DNA of 62,779 bases, filler included, from a bacterium (GCA_040757115.1; 5 parts of 4 records of this genome joined end to end with filler, not necessarily neighbours in it); one strand, 5' to 3'. Positions 33,764 to 42,295 are shown, numbered from the whole stretch's first letter. The notes: generated by a model not told the origin, from the letters alone. Numbers and translations are program-made.

Positions 33764-33949
33764 TTATTGTCTCGCTAACCTTACCACCTTATTTATCTCT
33801 TCCTTTGAAAGTCCGGTTATCTTAGCAATCACATCAATATTAAATCCCTCTGAATACATAGCTTTAGCAGCCTCTACTGCTTTCCTATATTCACCTTGCT
33901 GTAATCCTTGTTGCATTCCTTGTTCTATCAATTTCATAGCAGTAGTCAT
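33764..33949 (-). CDS. Stand-alone RpnS-like small protein (C-terminus of the decayed second rpn copy), 61 aa
   Basis: Nearly identical to the last 65 aa of Rpn (one QQGI unit fewer, D to A). The internal SD GAAAGGGGGTGA is retained. Confidence 0.72.
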   Translation of the reverse strand: MTTAMKLIEQGMQQGLQQGEYRKAVEAAKAMYSEGFNIDVIAKITGLSKEEINKVVRLARQ

Positions 33950-33974
33950 TGTTGCTTCACCCCCTTTCTTGGAA

Positions 33975-34167
33975 GAGCTCTCTCAACAATTCAGAACTTA
34001 GATTTAACCGAAGTTTGCGTCTAAATATTTTACTATCTTCCCCCCATTTTTTACCCATAATTTCACAATCTGGAGGCATTGTTCCTTCTATCGAAACAAT
34101 ACGCAAGTATAACACTATGAATAGTTTTTTCACTACGATACATTCTATTGATTTGTTGAGAAAGCTC
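33975..34167. mobile_element. MITE/IS remnant, 193 bp, inserted in the rpn pseudogene
   Basis: Inverted ends GAGCTCTCTCAACAATTCA / TGATTTGTTGAGAAAGCTC (17/19). GGAA target duplication confirmed against the intact rpn copy. Confidence 0.85.
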
Positions 34168-34228
34168 GGAAATCTTCTTCACTACCTCTACTACCTTTTC
34201 TACTCCTATCTCGGTGCTACTGTAAATA

Positions 34229-34530
34229 GTAATGGGTCAGCTATCGGTGGTAAAAAATATTCCTCTCGCAAAGGCGCAAAGGAGGCAAAGAAATTTCAAA
34301 TCACAAATTCCAAAGGACAAATAAATCCCAATGACCAAAATTCAAATTTCCAAATTAATCCGTTCCTCGTTATTCGTTGAACGAATAACGAGGAGTCTTA
34401 AACACTGAACTCTAAACGAATAGAATTTGGTGTTTGGAATTTGGAATTTATTTGTAATTTGGTGCTTGAAATTTGGAATTTCTGACTACTTTACGTTCTT
34501 TGCGCCTCCCACTAATAACTGATGGATTAC
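34229..34530. mobile_element. IS66-like (GTAA-terminus) miniature element inserted in the rpn pseudogene
   Basis: GTAATGGGTCAG...CTGATGGATTAC; 8-bp duplication TGTAAATA confirmed against the intact rpn. Has AAATTCC/TTGGAAT heptamer arms and a 15-bp perfect inverted repeat at 34364-34394. Confidence 0.88.
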
Positions 34531-34767
34531 TGTAAATATACCGAATAACCCCTTCCAAATTCCAGGGTTGATAAATCAAGGTTTTTCTTCAGAGCATCGG
34601 GTAAAATGCTGTTGATAAAATTAGAGGCATTCTCTTTGTTTGAAAATATCTCTTTGAAGAAACTGTCATGTGGATTTAATCTCTCCATCTTATCTCCTTA
34701 GCCCAGCTTTGTTCTAACTGGTATGATAACGCATAACATAAAAGAAGTCAAATTGTTTGTTTTTTTC

Positions 34768-34797
34768 CGCACCAATTAAGGCAATATTTTTGGTAAT
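34768..34797 (-). pseudogene. Residual beta-helix stub end (ITKNIALIGA)
   Basis: 34772-34792 is identical over 21 nt to 23956-23976 of the 1381-aa gene. Same junction to the rpn promoter as at about 31083. Confidence 0.7.
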
Positions 34798-34800
34798 TAT

Positions 34801-34959
34801 TCAACCACAGATGGACTTATGAATATCTCTTATAATTTCTTCCGGACTACGATTGTCTTCCCAACTTCCACATAAAGAAAGCAATTTCCTCTTTCGTTCA
34901 TCTAAGTCTTTTCGATGGAAAGGTTCCAGGAATGTCACCGCCACATAATATGTTTTTTT
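34801..34959 (-). pseudogene. C-terminal fragment of an antitoxin-like small protein, cut by a repeat element
   Basis: KKTYYVAVTFLEP...LLSLCGSWEDNRSPEEIIRDI; the start given in the track lies inside the inserted element. Confidence 0.5.
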
Positions 34960-35052
34960 GTAAGCGTTCAGGTGGTGTAACAAAAGGAGATGTGGAGATT
35001 AAGGAGATAGGGAGATATTATTAAAAAAAATTGAAATTAATAGAAACTAATA
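34960..35052. mobile_element. Truncated copy of the 237-bp GTAA-terminus element
   Basis: GTAAGCGTTCAGGTGGTGTAACAAAAGGAGATGTGGAG... matches 43411 onward, then switches abruptly to unrelated sequence (possible IS end) running to the contig edge. Confidence 0.8.
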
Positions 35053-35150
35053 CTCGATGTTCAAGTTTTTTAGTTTTAGGGGCATAAAGTCCTTATTTTT
35101 ATTTTAGCTCAAGTGAGACAATATGCTGTTCTCCATTTCAAGAAAGGGGT

Positions 35151-35250
35151 NNNNNNNNNNNNNNNNNNNNNNNNNNNNNNNNNNNNNNNNNNNNTTAATT
35201 AATTAANNNNNNNNNNNNNNNNNNNNNNNNNNNNNNNNNNNNNNNNNNNN
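35151..35250. other. Artificial contig linker
   Basis: 44 N + TTAATTAATTAA + 44 N. Confidence 0.98.
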
Positions 35251-35288
35251 AATCCCTTTGCCTCTAATTTTCCTTCATAAACCTTCAT
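35251..35288 (-). CDS. ribH: 6,7-dimethyl-8-ribityllumazine synthase, 5' end only
   Basis: GGAGG SD, then MKVYEGKLEAKG at the contig edge, typical of the RibH N-terminus. Only 12 codons are visible. Confidence 0.6.
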
Positions 35289-35318
35289 TTTCTCCAACCT
35301 CCTTAAGTTTGGTAATTG

Positions 35319-35519
35319 GTAATGGGTCAGTGAAATAGGGGATTCTCCTGAAAGTAGGAAGTAGGAGAGTAGGAAAGGGGGAGACATTGCCCCCAGAAGA
35401 GGAATACCGTGCACATCCTTTATCCCTTTCCTACTTACCTACTACCTACTTGCCTACTATTTTCATTGCTCTGTCCTCCGCAGGTTAATGTTCATTCCTC
35501 CAAATAACTGACGTATTAC
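35319..35519. mobile_element. IS66-like miniature element, 201 bp
   Basis: GTAATGGGTCAG...CTGACGTATTAC flanked by GGTAATTG (inside a GGTAATT array, so this duplication is weaker evidence). Inverted homologue of 46571-46777. Confidence 0.8.
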
Positions 35520-35706
35520 GGTAATTGGTAATTGGTAACTGGTGAATGATAAGTTTTCTACTGCCTATTTTTAAGTATACCATACTTCTTCAAAAAGTCA
35601 AGAAGAAAGTGAGCAAAAACTCATACTTTTTATATCGGCTGTTTCCTTATATTACTTTCAGTTCATCCCCCAAATAACTAACCTATTACATAATTAGAAA
35701 TTTTTC

Positions 35707-35735
35707 TTGACAAATAAGTAAATTTTGAGTATTAT
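35707..35735 (+). promoter_or_regulatory. sigma70-type promoter, probably for the response regulator
   Basis: TTGACA-17 bp-TATTAT. Confidence 0.55.
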
Positions 35736-35743
35736 TTATTAAG

Positions 35744-35905
35744 GGAACTATTCAGCCACTGATTAACACGGATTAGCACGGATAAATACAGAGGTCAGAG
35801 GACAACAGGAGGAAAAACCTTCAGCCTAATTACGGACACGGAAAACGGATACGATTCACGAATTTTCCGTGTTTCATCCGTGTTCATCTGTGGCTGAACA
35901 GTTAC
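35744..35905. mobile_element. GTAA-family miniature element (CACGGAT-repeat subtype)
   Basis: GGAACTATTCAGCCACTGATTAACACGGATTAGCACGGAT...ATCTGTGGCTGAACAGTTAC; homologous to 21644 and 55869-55960. No target duplication. Confidence 0.65.
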
Positions 35906-35944
35906 AGATAATTTTACATTTTGATATGTAATTTTTATATTTGC

Positions 35945-36010
35945 TTTTTGCATTTTGCTCTTTGGAGAAAATTGATAAAAATAGAGGTTTTTGGTTTTGC
36001 AGAACTCTAA
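35945..36010. repeat. Dispersed repeat end (TAGAGTTCTGCAAAAC terminus)
   Basis: Reverse-complement homologue at about 62633-62725. Confidence 0.6.
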
Positions 36011-36040
36011 CAATTACCAAAGAAAGGAGGGTAATGAATT

Positions 36041-36418
36041 ATGATGGCAAAAAAAAGAATTTTAGTAATTGATGATGACCCTGTTATTCTTCGAGTTATC
36101 AACTTGAAATTAAGCCGGGGCGGTTTTGAGGTCAGGACGGCAAATAATGGAACAGAAGGACTACAGAAGGCATTTGAGGAAACACCAGATTTAGTTATTA
36201 CGGATATTATGATGCCTAAGATAAATGGTTTGGTCGTATATCAGGAATTAAAGAAAAATCCAAAAACAGAAAAAGTGCCAGTAATCTTTCTAACCGCATT
36301 AGGTGAAGAAAACGAGGAATTAAAAGAACTTGGTCCATTCACTGTAATTACTAAACCCTTTAGCCCAAAACAAATGTTAAATACCGTTAATTCAATGTTG
36401 AGTTTACCTTTGCTTTAA
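36041..36418 (+). CDS. Single-domain response regulator (CheY-like receiver)
   Basis: ILVIDDD...PDLVITDIMMP.ING...PVIFLTA...KPF; AGGAGG SD. Confidence 0.93.
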   Translation: MMAKKRILVIDDDPVILRVINLKLSRGGFEVRTANNGTEGLQKAFEETPDLVITDIMMPKINGLVVYQELKKNPKTEKVPVIFLTALGEENEELKELGPFTVITKPFSPKQMLNTVNSMLSLPLL

Positions 36419-37312
36419 TTCCTTGATAAATTCACTTATGTCTTCTGGAAGGCGAGAGGAGAACTCTAAATATATATTGGTAATTGGGTGGTAAAATCCA
36501 AGTAGAAAAGAATGGAGTGCTTGCCTTTTGAGTGAGACTTCTCTTCTCTTGCCATATCTTTTATCCCCGACAACCTGATATCCAAGGTAACTCAAGTGAA
36601 CTCGAATTTGATGTGTTCTACCTGTGCCTAATTTCACCTCTAAAAGTGTATAACCTGCAGAAAATCGCTCTTTTACCTTAAAATAAGTAATGGCATTTTT
36701 GGCTAATCTCCCTTTTACCTTCATTCCCACACCACCATCCCATTCCCTTCCAATGGGAAGATTTATCTCGTCTTCATCCTGCTTTACAATTCCATACACA
36801 AGGGCGAAATAAGACCGATTAATCGTATGAGCGCTGAATTGTCGGGCTAATGACCAATAGGCTTTATCACTTTTGGCAATAACTATTATTCCCGATGTGT
36901 CTTTATCCAGACGGTGAACTATCCCTGGCCGAAAAGGAGCACCAATTGAAGAAAGTCTACCTTTAGTATGAAATAGTAAGGTATTGATTAATGTGCCGGA
37001 TTTTATTTTATGGGTAGGATGAACTATAATGCCGGCAGGTTTGTTGATGACGATAATGTCATCATCCTCATATAAAATCTCTAAAGGAATATTTTCTGCC
37101 GGGATATTGAAATCTTCAGGTTGAGGTAAATTAATTATTATTTTGTCTCCTGGTTTTATTTTATAATGTGGTTTTACGCCGATTTTATCATTTAAAGTTA
37201 CCTGGTTAGATTTAATCAAATCCTGGATTCTTACCCGGGATAAACCTGATTTTTTAGTCAAATAAACATCTAATCTCTGATTCTCCTCATCTTTAATTAC
37301 ACTTAATTCCAT
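36404..37312 (-). CDS. rluD: RluA-family pseudouridine synthase with S4 domain (RluD-like)
   Basis: RLDVYL, INKPAG.IVHP, GIVHRLDKDTSG, TGRTHQIRVH, RQALH. Confidence 0.92.
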   Translation of the reverse strand: MELSVIKDEENQRLDVYLTKKSGLSRVRIQDLIKSNQVTLNDKIGVKPHYKIKPGDKIIINLPQPEDFNIPAENIPLEILYEDDDIIVINKPAGIIVHPTHKIKSGTLINTLLFHTKGRLSSIGAPFRPGIVHRLDKDTSGIIVIAKSDKAYWSLARQFSAHTINRSYFALVYGIVKQDEDEINLPIGREWDGGVGMKVKGRLAKNAITYFKVKERFSAGYTLLEVKLGTGRTHQIRVHLSYLGYQVVGDKRYGKRREVSLKRQALHSFLLGFYHPITNIYLEFSSRLPEDISEFIKELKQR

Positions 37313-37319
37313 AAGTTAC

Positions 37320-37348
37320 ATATTACATTGAGATGGACAATAAGTCAA
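37320..37348 (-). promoter_or_regulatory. Promoter of rluD, likely leaderless
   Basis: TTGACT-17 bp-TAATAT, 7 nt before the ATG; no SD. Confidence 0.55.
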
Positions 37349-37360
37349 GAAAAAAACATC

Positions 37361-37390
37361 TTGACTTTTAATCATATTTTGTGTTACTAT
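37361..37390 (+). promoter_or_regulatory. Promoter of the GT-C gene pair
   Basis: TTGACT-18 bp-TACTAT with a TG extension. Confidence 0.5.
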
Positions 37391-37399
37391 TATAAAGTT

Positions 37400-37636
37400 G
37401 TAACCGTTCAGGCTATATATCAAAAGTGTAAGAAAGGGGATAAGGAGATAAGAGTGATATGGAGATAAGATAATAGAAATAGATTGAAATTTATAGAAAT
37501 AGGTAGAAATTGATTGTGGAAAACAACAAATTTCCATAAATTTCTATTAGTTTCTATTAATTTCAATTTTTTTAATAATATCTCCCTATCTCCTTAATCT
37601 CCACATCTCCTTTTGTTACACCACCTGAACGCTTAC
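37400..37636. mobile_element. IS66-like MITE, 237 bp
   Basis: GTAACCGTTCAG...CTGAACGCTTAC; duplication ATAAAGTT. Near-identical copies at 42031 and 43411. Confidence 0.92.
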
Positions 37637-37655
37637 ATAAAGTTGAGGAAAATAT

Positions 37656-39782
37656 ATGGCTAAAATAAAAAAGAAGGGAAAAGGTCTTCAAGAAAAACTC
37701 ACCCATAAAAAAGGGGTATCATTAGCGATAAAATCTAAATATAATTACATTCTTATCAGCATTATCACGGCAATAACGATTTTATATGTCACCTCTACCT
37801 TTTATTATACAGGTGGGCATTTTTTCCTGCCAACAGATGATTCATTTTTATCCTTTCATTATGCCAAACAATTATCACAAGGACAGCCGTTTCAATATAA
37901 CTCAGGCGAATCTCCGACCACCGGGGCAAGAAGTCTTTTGTGGACAATCCTTTTATCTCCGGGATTTTTCATTGGATTAGATGGTAATGGGATAATTGGT
38001 TATTCATTTTTACTGGGAATTTTATTTCTCTTTTTATCAAGTTGGTTAATCTTCAGGATTGGCGAGATACTTTTTAACCAGATGCTGGGGATAATTGCCA
38101 GCCTCCTTTTTTTGCTTAACGGACCGATTAGCTGGGGATATTTAAGTGGGACTGAAATTGGTCTTTTTAGCACCTTAATTTTAGCTACCCTTTATTTTTT
38201 AGGACAAGAACAAGACAATGGTTACAAAAAGATAATTTTCGGTTCGTTATTGGCAATTGCACATCCAGAGGGAATTATACTTGCATTTTTGTTGACATTA
38301 GTCCTGGTATTGAACTTAATCTTCAAAGGAGAGCGACCAAAACTAAAGACTCTATATCTTATTATTCCTGCTATTGTTGGACTTAGTTGTATATGCTTAA
38401 ACCTAATTCTAACAGGTAATGTTTATTCTACCTTTTTACAGGCGAAATCTCAATTATTTTCCCCAAATATGCCATTACCGGAAGTTTTAGCAAAATCAAT
38501 TAAATTTTATGCCTATCTTCTAAAGGAGATATTTGGAGGTTTTAATGGGGCATATACTGAGATGATAGATGCAAATGTTGGACAGACGGCAACATATTTT
38601 GCACCCTTTGCCTTCTTATTCTTTTTATTAGGTTTGTTACCTTTAGCGGTTAAAGAGATTTATTCCCAAAAATTAGGTTTTAATTTCCTGACTATGAGTT
38701 GGTTCTTTCTGGGAATTGGGCTTACCGCAATTACATTTCCAACAGATTACTCCTGGAATATAACCATTATTCCCTATTATCCATTATTTCTTATCGGGGT
38801 GGTCATAGGAATTTATCAGGTGAGTCAGATGATAAGCGCGCAGGTGACTACATTGCCTTTAAAGGACATCTTTTACAGCATTTCTTCTTTTTTCCTTCTT
38901 TTTTCTTTATTTAGCACCTCTTTTTTTGTCGTGGTTTATGGCAAGAGTTGTAAGGATAATTATCATCAGAAGATTGGATTAGTCAAATGGGTAAAAGAAA
39001 ATCTTCCGGCTAATATAACCGTGGCGATGAGTGGGATAAATACATTAAGGTATTATGAAAATAGAAACTTTATAGATTTAACTGGCGTTGGCACGAAAGG
39101 ATTGGCTAAACCATATCAAAATGGTGTAGGAAGTGTATTTGAGTGGCTTGAAGATAAAAAAACATATCCGGATTGTTTTATCCTTGATAAATTAGATTTT
39201 ACTCGTTCTGGTTTACTTCAGAATCAGTTATATTCGGCAAAGGTCGTGGGGGTGCGGGCAATTGAGCCCATAAATGTTTATCAGGCAAATTGGAATTTAG
39301 CCAATAGTGGAGAGCAACCAGTTACCTCATTTGATGGCTATAAATTGGTTGATAAAATTGATGTTGCTAATTTAACCGATGAAGGAAAACACAATTATAG
39401 ATTTTGGGGTGCAGAACCGGGGTTAAATGCTCCGACCTATGTTTATGAACTTTCGTGTTTAAACAGTGAGCGAAAGGTTATTGATGGAGGTCGCATCCTC
39501 TCTGGCGGGGAAAGTATGGTTGTCAAAACTCAACCGGGCCGTGAGATGAAAATAATGATGCGCACTACTGGGGCTTTAAAACTAAATGTGATAATAAATG
39601 AAAAATATCGCAAAACATGGGTTGATGAAAGAAATTATGGAAATCTCTGGGTAGAATCGATACTCACTATTCCTGGAAAATGGATTACCTCGGACAAGAC
39701 AAAGATACATATTGAGATAAAGAATTTACAACAAGATACTTACTCAGTTACCCACTATTGGTTCTTTCAAGTGGAGGATTAA
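37656..39782 (+). CDS. GT-C-fold polytopic membrane glycosyltransferase (GT39/PMT-like)
   Basis: 708 aa, many TM segments, PTDDSFLSFHYA first-loop DD motif, YNSGE..TGA.SLLW, SGTE, HPEG, IDLTGV. Confidence 0.8.
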   Translation: MAKIKKKGKGLQEKLTHKKGVSLAIKSKYNYILISIITAITILYVTSTFYYTGGHFFLPTDDSFLSFHYAKQLSQGQPFQYNSGESPTTGARSLLWTILLSPGFFIGLDGNGIIGYSFLLGILFLFLSSWLIFRIGEILFNQMLGIIASLLFLLNGPISWGYLSGTEIGLFSTLILATLYFLGQEQDNGYKKIIFGSLLAIAHPEGIILAFLLTLVLVLNLIFKGERPKLKTLYLIIPAIVGLSCICLNLILTGNVYSTFLQAKSQLFSPNMPLPEVLAKSIKFYAYLLKEIFGGFNGAYTEMIDANVGQTATYFAPFAFLFFLLGLLPLAVKEIYSQKLGFNFLTMSWFFLGIGLTAITFPTDYSWNITIIPYYPLFLIGVVIGIYQVSQMISAQVTTLPLKDIFYSISSFFLLFSLFSTSFFVVVYGKSCKDNYHQKIGLVKWVKENLPANITVAMSGINTLRYYENRNFIDLTGVGTKGLAKPYQNGVGSVFEWLEDKKTYPDCFILDKLDFTRSGLLQNQLYSAKVVGVRAIEPINVYQANWNLANSGEQPVTSFDGYKLVDKIDVANLTDEGKHNYRFWGAEPGLNAPTYVYELSCLNSERKVIDGGRILSGGESMVVKTQPGREMKIMMRTTGALKLNVIINEKYRKTWVDERNYGNLWVESILTIPGKWITSDKTKIHIEIKNLQQDTYSVTHYWFFQVED

Positions 39783-39789
39783 ATTTTAA

Positions 39790-41880
39790 GTGTTCAAAGA
39801 TAAAGAAATTATAGGGATTTTAATTATTACACTTATCATTGCATTTTTTTATTTAGGCACTATGTTTTATTACACGATGGGGCAATTATCTGCCCCACTG
39901 GATGATACCTTCATCTTCCTTCAATATACCTGGCAATTAATTCATGGACATCCACTGCAATATAACACTGGTGACCCACCTACTACTGGGGCAACCAGTA
40001 TGATTTATCCTTTATTTTTAATCCCGGGATTTTTAATCGGGCTTGATAAGACAAACATACTTTATTATACCTTTAGTCTGGGTGTTGTTTTTTTGACTAT
40101 CTCTGGTTGGTTGGTGTTCAAGATTGGAAGGCGGTTAATTAATGATAAGATTGGGGTTTTGATGTGTTTGCTATTCCTTTTTAATGGACCTATTTTATGG
40201 GTTTATTTAAGTGGTATGGATGCTGGATTATTTAGTCTGTCGATTCTATCAACAATGTATTCCTTGCTTTTAGAATTAGAGGACAAAGAACAGCGATATA
40301 CTCGAACTATTTGGGCAGGCTCATTGATGACCTTAACCCGACCTGAAGGTTTTATCCTTTCAGTGATTATCTTTAGTTATATCTTTTGGTCAAAGGGGAT
40401 AAAGAGTTATTATTTTCTCATTCCCATTGCTCTGGGGATGGCACAGATAGGAGTAAATTATTTATTTAACGGCACATTAAGTGCTAATACGATGACAGCA
40501 AAGTCTGTCTTAACGAAACCAAATGTGAATTTATTAGATATGATGGCGACTTCAGGTAAGTACTGTGTGTATATTTTAAAGGACATTTTTAGTGGATTTA
40601 ATGGTGAGTTTTCTGCGTTGATGGAGACTAATGAGGGAAGGCAGGTAAGTGTATATTTTGCGCCGTTTTCTTTAATCTTTTTCTTAATTGGCATCCTTTT
40701 TATAATCCTTAAAGAAAGGTCAAAATTTGGCATTGTTATTTCCAGTTGTTTTTTTATTGGGATATTGGCGGTTGCGACCGCACTTCCTTTTAAATGGCAC
40801 TGGCACCGCTATCTTATTCCCTACTATCCAATTTTTCTCATATTTACACTTTTAGGGATTTATTATTTTAGTGAGTTAATGGGGAAGACAATTTCTTCAC
40901 TTAACCCCAAATATGTATTTTATGGATTGGTATCTTTTTGCTTATGCTTTGGGTTTTTAAGCACGGTGTATTTTGGGGTAGCGTATGGAAAAAATTGTAA
41001 GGATATTTATTTTCAGCAAATAACACTCGGTAAATGGATAGATAAGAGTCTTCCTCGTGAGGCAATAATTGCCGTAAATGACCTTGGTGCATTAAAATAT
41101 TTTGGAAACAGATATGTTATTGACCTGCTTGGATTAGGGACCAAAGGAGTAGCCAGGATATGGGTAAATGGGGCTGGAAGTGTTTATGAATATCTTGAGA
41201 ATTTAGAGCCAAAATATTATCCTCAATATTTTATCATTTATCCTAATTGGTTTGTCTTTGATAGGCTTGGGATGTTGGAGGAAGAAATAGCTCAATTTAA
41301 ACTACTTCAACCAACAATTGCTGGTAGTGGAGCCCCAATGGTAGTTTATAAGATTGATTGGGGGTTTGCACATTCCGGAGATAAAATTCAATCTCCGGAT
41401 ATTTTAACTCAGTTAGAGGGATATAAATTAGTTGATAGAGTTGATGTTGCGGATATTGAGAATGAATTAAAACACAGGTATAAGTTCTGGGAATCAGAAC
41501 CAGGGATGTATTATGGGATGAATTATCAGGACCAGGTATTAAAACTTCCCTGTCTTGAGGCACCAGATAAAATTGTGATTGATGCCGGGAGAATGATTAC
41601 GGCTGGGGAGAGTATGGTTGTTGAAACTGAGGTGGGCAAGGATTTGAAGATAATTAAGAGAACCAATACCTTTACCCCGTTAGAGGTTTTTGTTAATGAT
41701 AAATTAATTGGCTTATGGACACATCACAATGTCGAGGAGCAGTGGAGTGAGACGGTTTATGAAATTTCAGGCAGACATATAACCTCAAATAAAACTAAGA
41801 TTCGGTTTGAGATTCATCGAGAATTGAGGCATCATTACACCTGTTTTTCGGCACATTATTGGTTTTATCAGAAAGCTTAA
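39790..41880 (+). CDS. GT-C-fold polytopic membrane glycosyltransferase (paralogue)
   Basis: 696 aa, PLDDTFIFLQY, YNTGD..TGATS, SGMD, RPEG, HRYLIP, DLGALKY, IDLLGL. Collinear with the upstream gene. Confidence 0.82.
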   Translation: MFKDKEIIGILIITLIIAFFYLGTMFYYTMGQLSAPLDDTFIFLQYTWQLIHGHPLQYNTGDPPTTGATSMIYPLFLIPGFLIGLDKTNILYYTFSLGVVFLTISGWLVFKIGRRLINDKIGVLMCLLFLFNGPILWVYLSGMDAGLFSLSILSTMYSLLLELEDKEQRYTRTIWAGSLMTLTRPEGFILSVIIFSYIFWSKGIKSYYFLIPIALGMAQIGVNYLFNGTLSANTMTAKSVLTKPNVNLLDMMATSGKYCVYILKDIFSGFNGEFSALMETNEGRQVSVYFAPFSLIFFLIGILFIILKERSKFGIVISSCFFIGILAVATALPFKWHWHRYLIPYYPIFLIFTLLGIYYFSELMGKTISSLNPKYVFYGLVSFCLCFGFLSTVYFGVAYGKNCKDIYFQQITLGKWIDKSLPREAIIAVNDLGALKYFGNRYVIDLLGLGTKGVARIWVNGAGSVYEYLENLEPKYYPQYFIIYPNWFVFDRLGMLEEEIAQFKLLQPTIAGSGAPMVVYKIDWGFAHSGDKIQSPDILTQLEGYKLVDRVDVADIENELKHRYKFWESEPGMYYGMNYQDQVLKLPCLEAPDKIVIDAGRMITAGESMVVETEVGKDLKIIKRTNTFTPLEVFVNDKLIGLWTHHNVEEQWSETVYEISGRHITSNKTKIRFEIHRELRHHYTCFSAHYWFYQKA

Positions 41881-41992
41881 ACTACGAATTACACGAATTT
41901 ATAGTTTCGTGATTTTGGACGCAGATTTTCGCAGATTAGCAGGATTATTTAAATTTGTATAATTCGTGAAATTAGTGGTATATTTTTGGGAA

Positions 41993-42008
41993 TGTTTCAC
42001 ATGAAACA
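41993..42008. promoter_or_regulatory. parS: parS centromere site (1 mismatch)
   Basis: TGTTTCACATGAAACA upstream of parB. Confidence 0.8.
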
Positions 42009-42030
42009 TTAATCGAAAATCTAAAATTAT

Positions 42031-42267
42031 GTAACCGTTCAGGCTATATATCAAAAGTGTAAGAAAAGGGGATAAGGAGATAAGAGTGATATGGAGATAA
42101 GATAATAGAAATAGATTGAAATTTATAGAAATAGGTAGAAATTGATTGTGGAAAACAACAAATTTCCATAAATTTCTATTAGTTTCTATTAATTTCAATT
42201 TTTTAATAATATCTCCCTATCTCCTTAATCTCCACATCTCCTTTTGTTACACCACCTGAACGCTTAC
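42031..42267. mobile_element. IS66-like MITE, 237 bp
   Basis: GTAACCGTTCAG...CTGAACGCTTAC; duplication AAAATTAT. Confidence 0.92.
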
Positions 42268-42295
42268 AAAATTATACTTTGAGGAGGGATTTAAA

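Larger units (their letters stand above)
33950..34688 (-). pseudogene. rpn: Shattered second rpn copy
   Basis: Starts MERLNPHDSFFKEIFSNKENA at 34688. Has a ~0.5-kb deletion at about 34560 (TCCAA microhomology) removing the nuclease core, plus insertions at 34229-34530 and 33975-34167. Confidence 0.9.

Noticed and set aside
33949-34380. 143-aa plus-strand ORF
   Set aside because: It is an antisense read across rpn remnants and two inserted elements.
27071-34959. Classical integron, shufflon or diversity-generating retroelement behind the array
   Set aside because: I found no integrase, recombinase or reverse transcriptase on the contig, no recognisable attC sites, no inverted cassettes and no adenine-specific variation.
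35053-35150. Possible IS terminus (CTCGATGTTCAAG...) cutting the MITE at the contig edge
   Set aside because: Only one end is visible and no transposase sequence is recognisable, so it is not called as a feature.
35290-35600. FMN riboswitch upstream of ribH
   Set aside because: No RFN consensus was seen; the leader is occupied by a MITE and heptamer repeats.
35289-36013. N-terminal extension of the 35199-35414 ORF and the 72-aa ORF at 35795-36013
   Set aside because: They derive from repeat elements; the real start is the SD-preceded ATG at 35288.
37316-37537. 73-aa ORF (and the 99-aa ORF at 41899-42198)
   Set aside because: Both are read through the 237-bp MITE and have low complexity.
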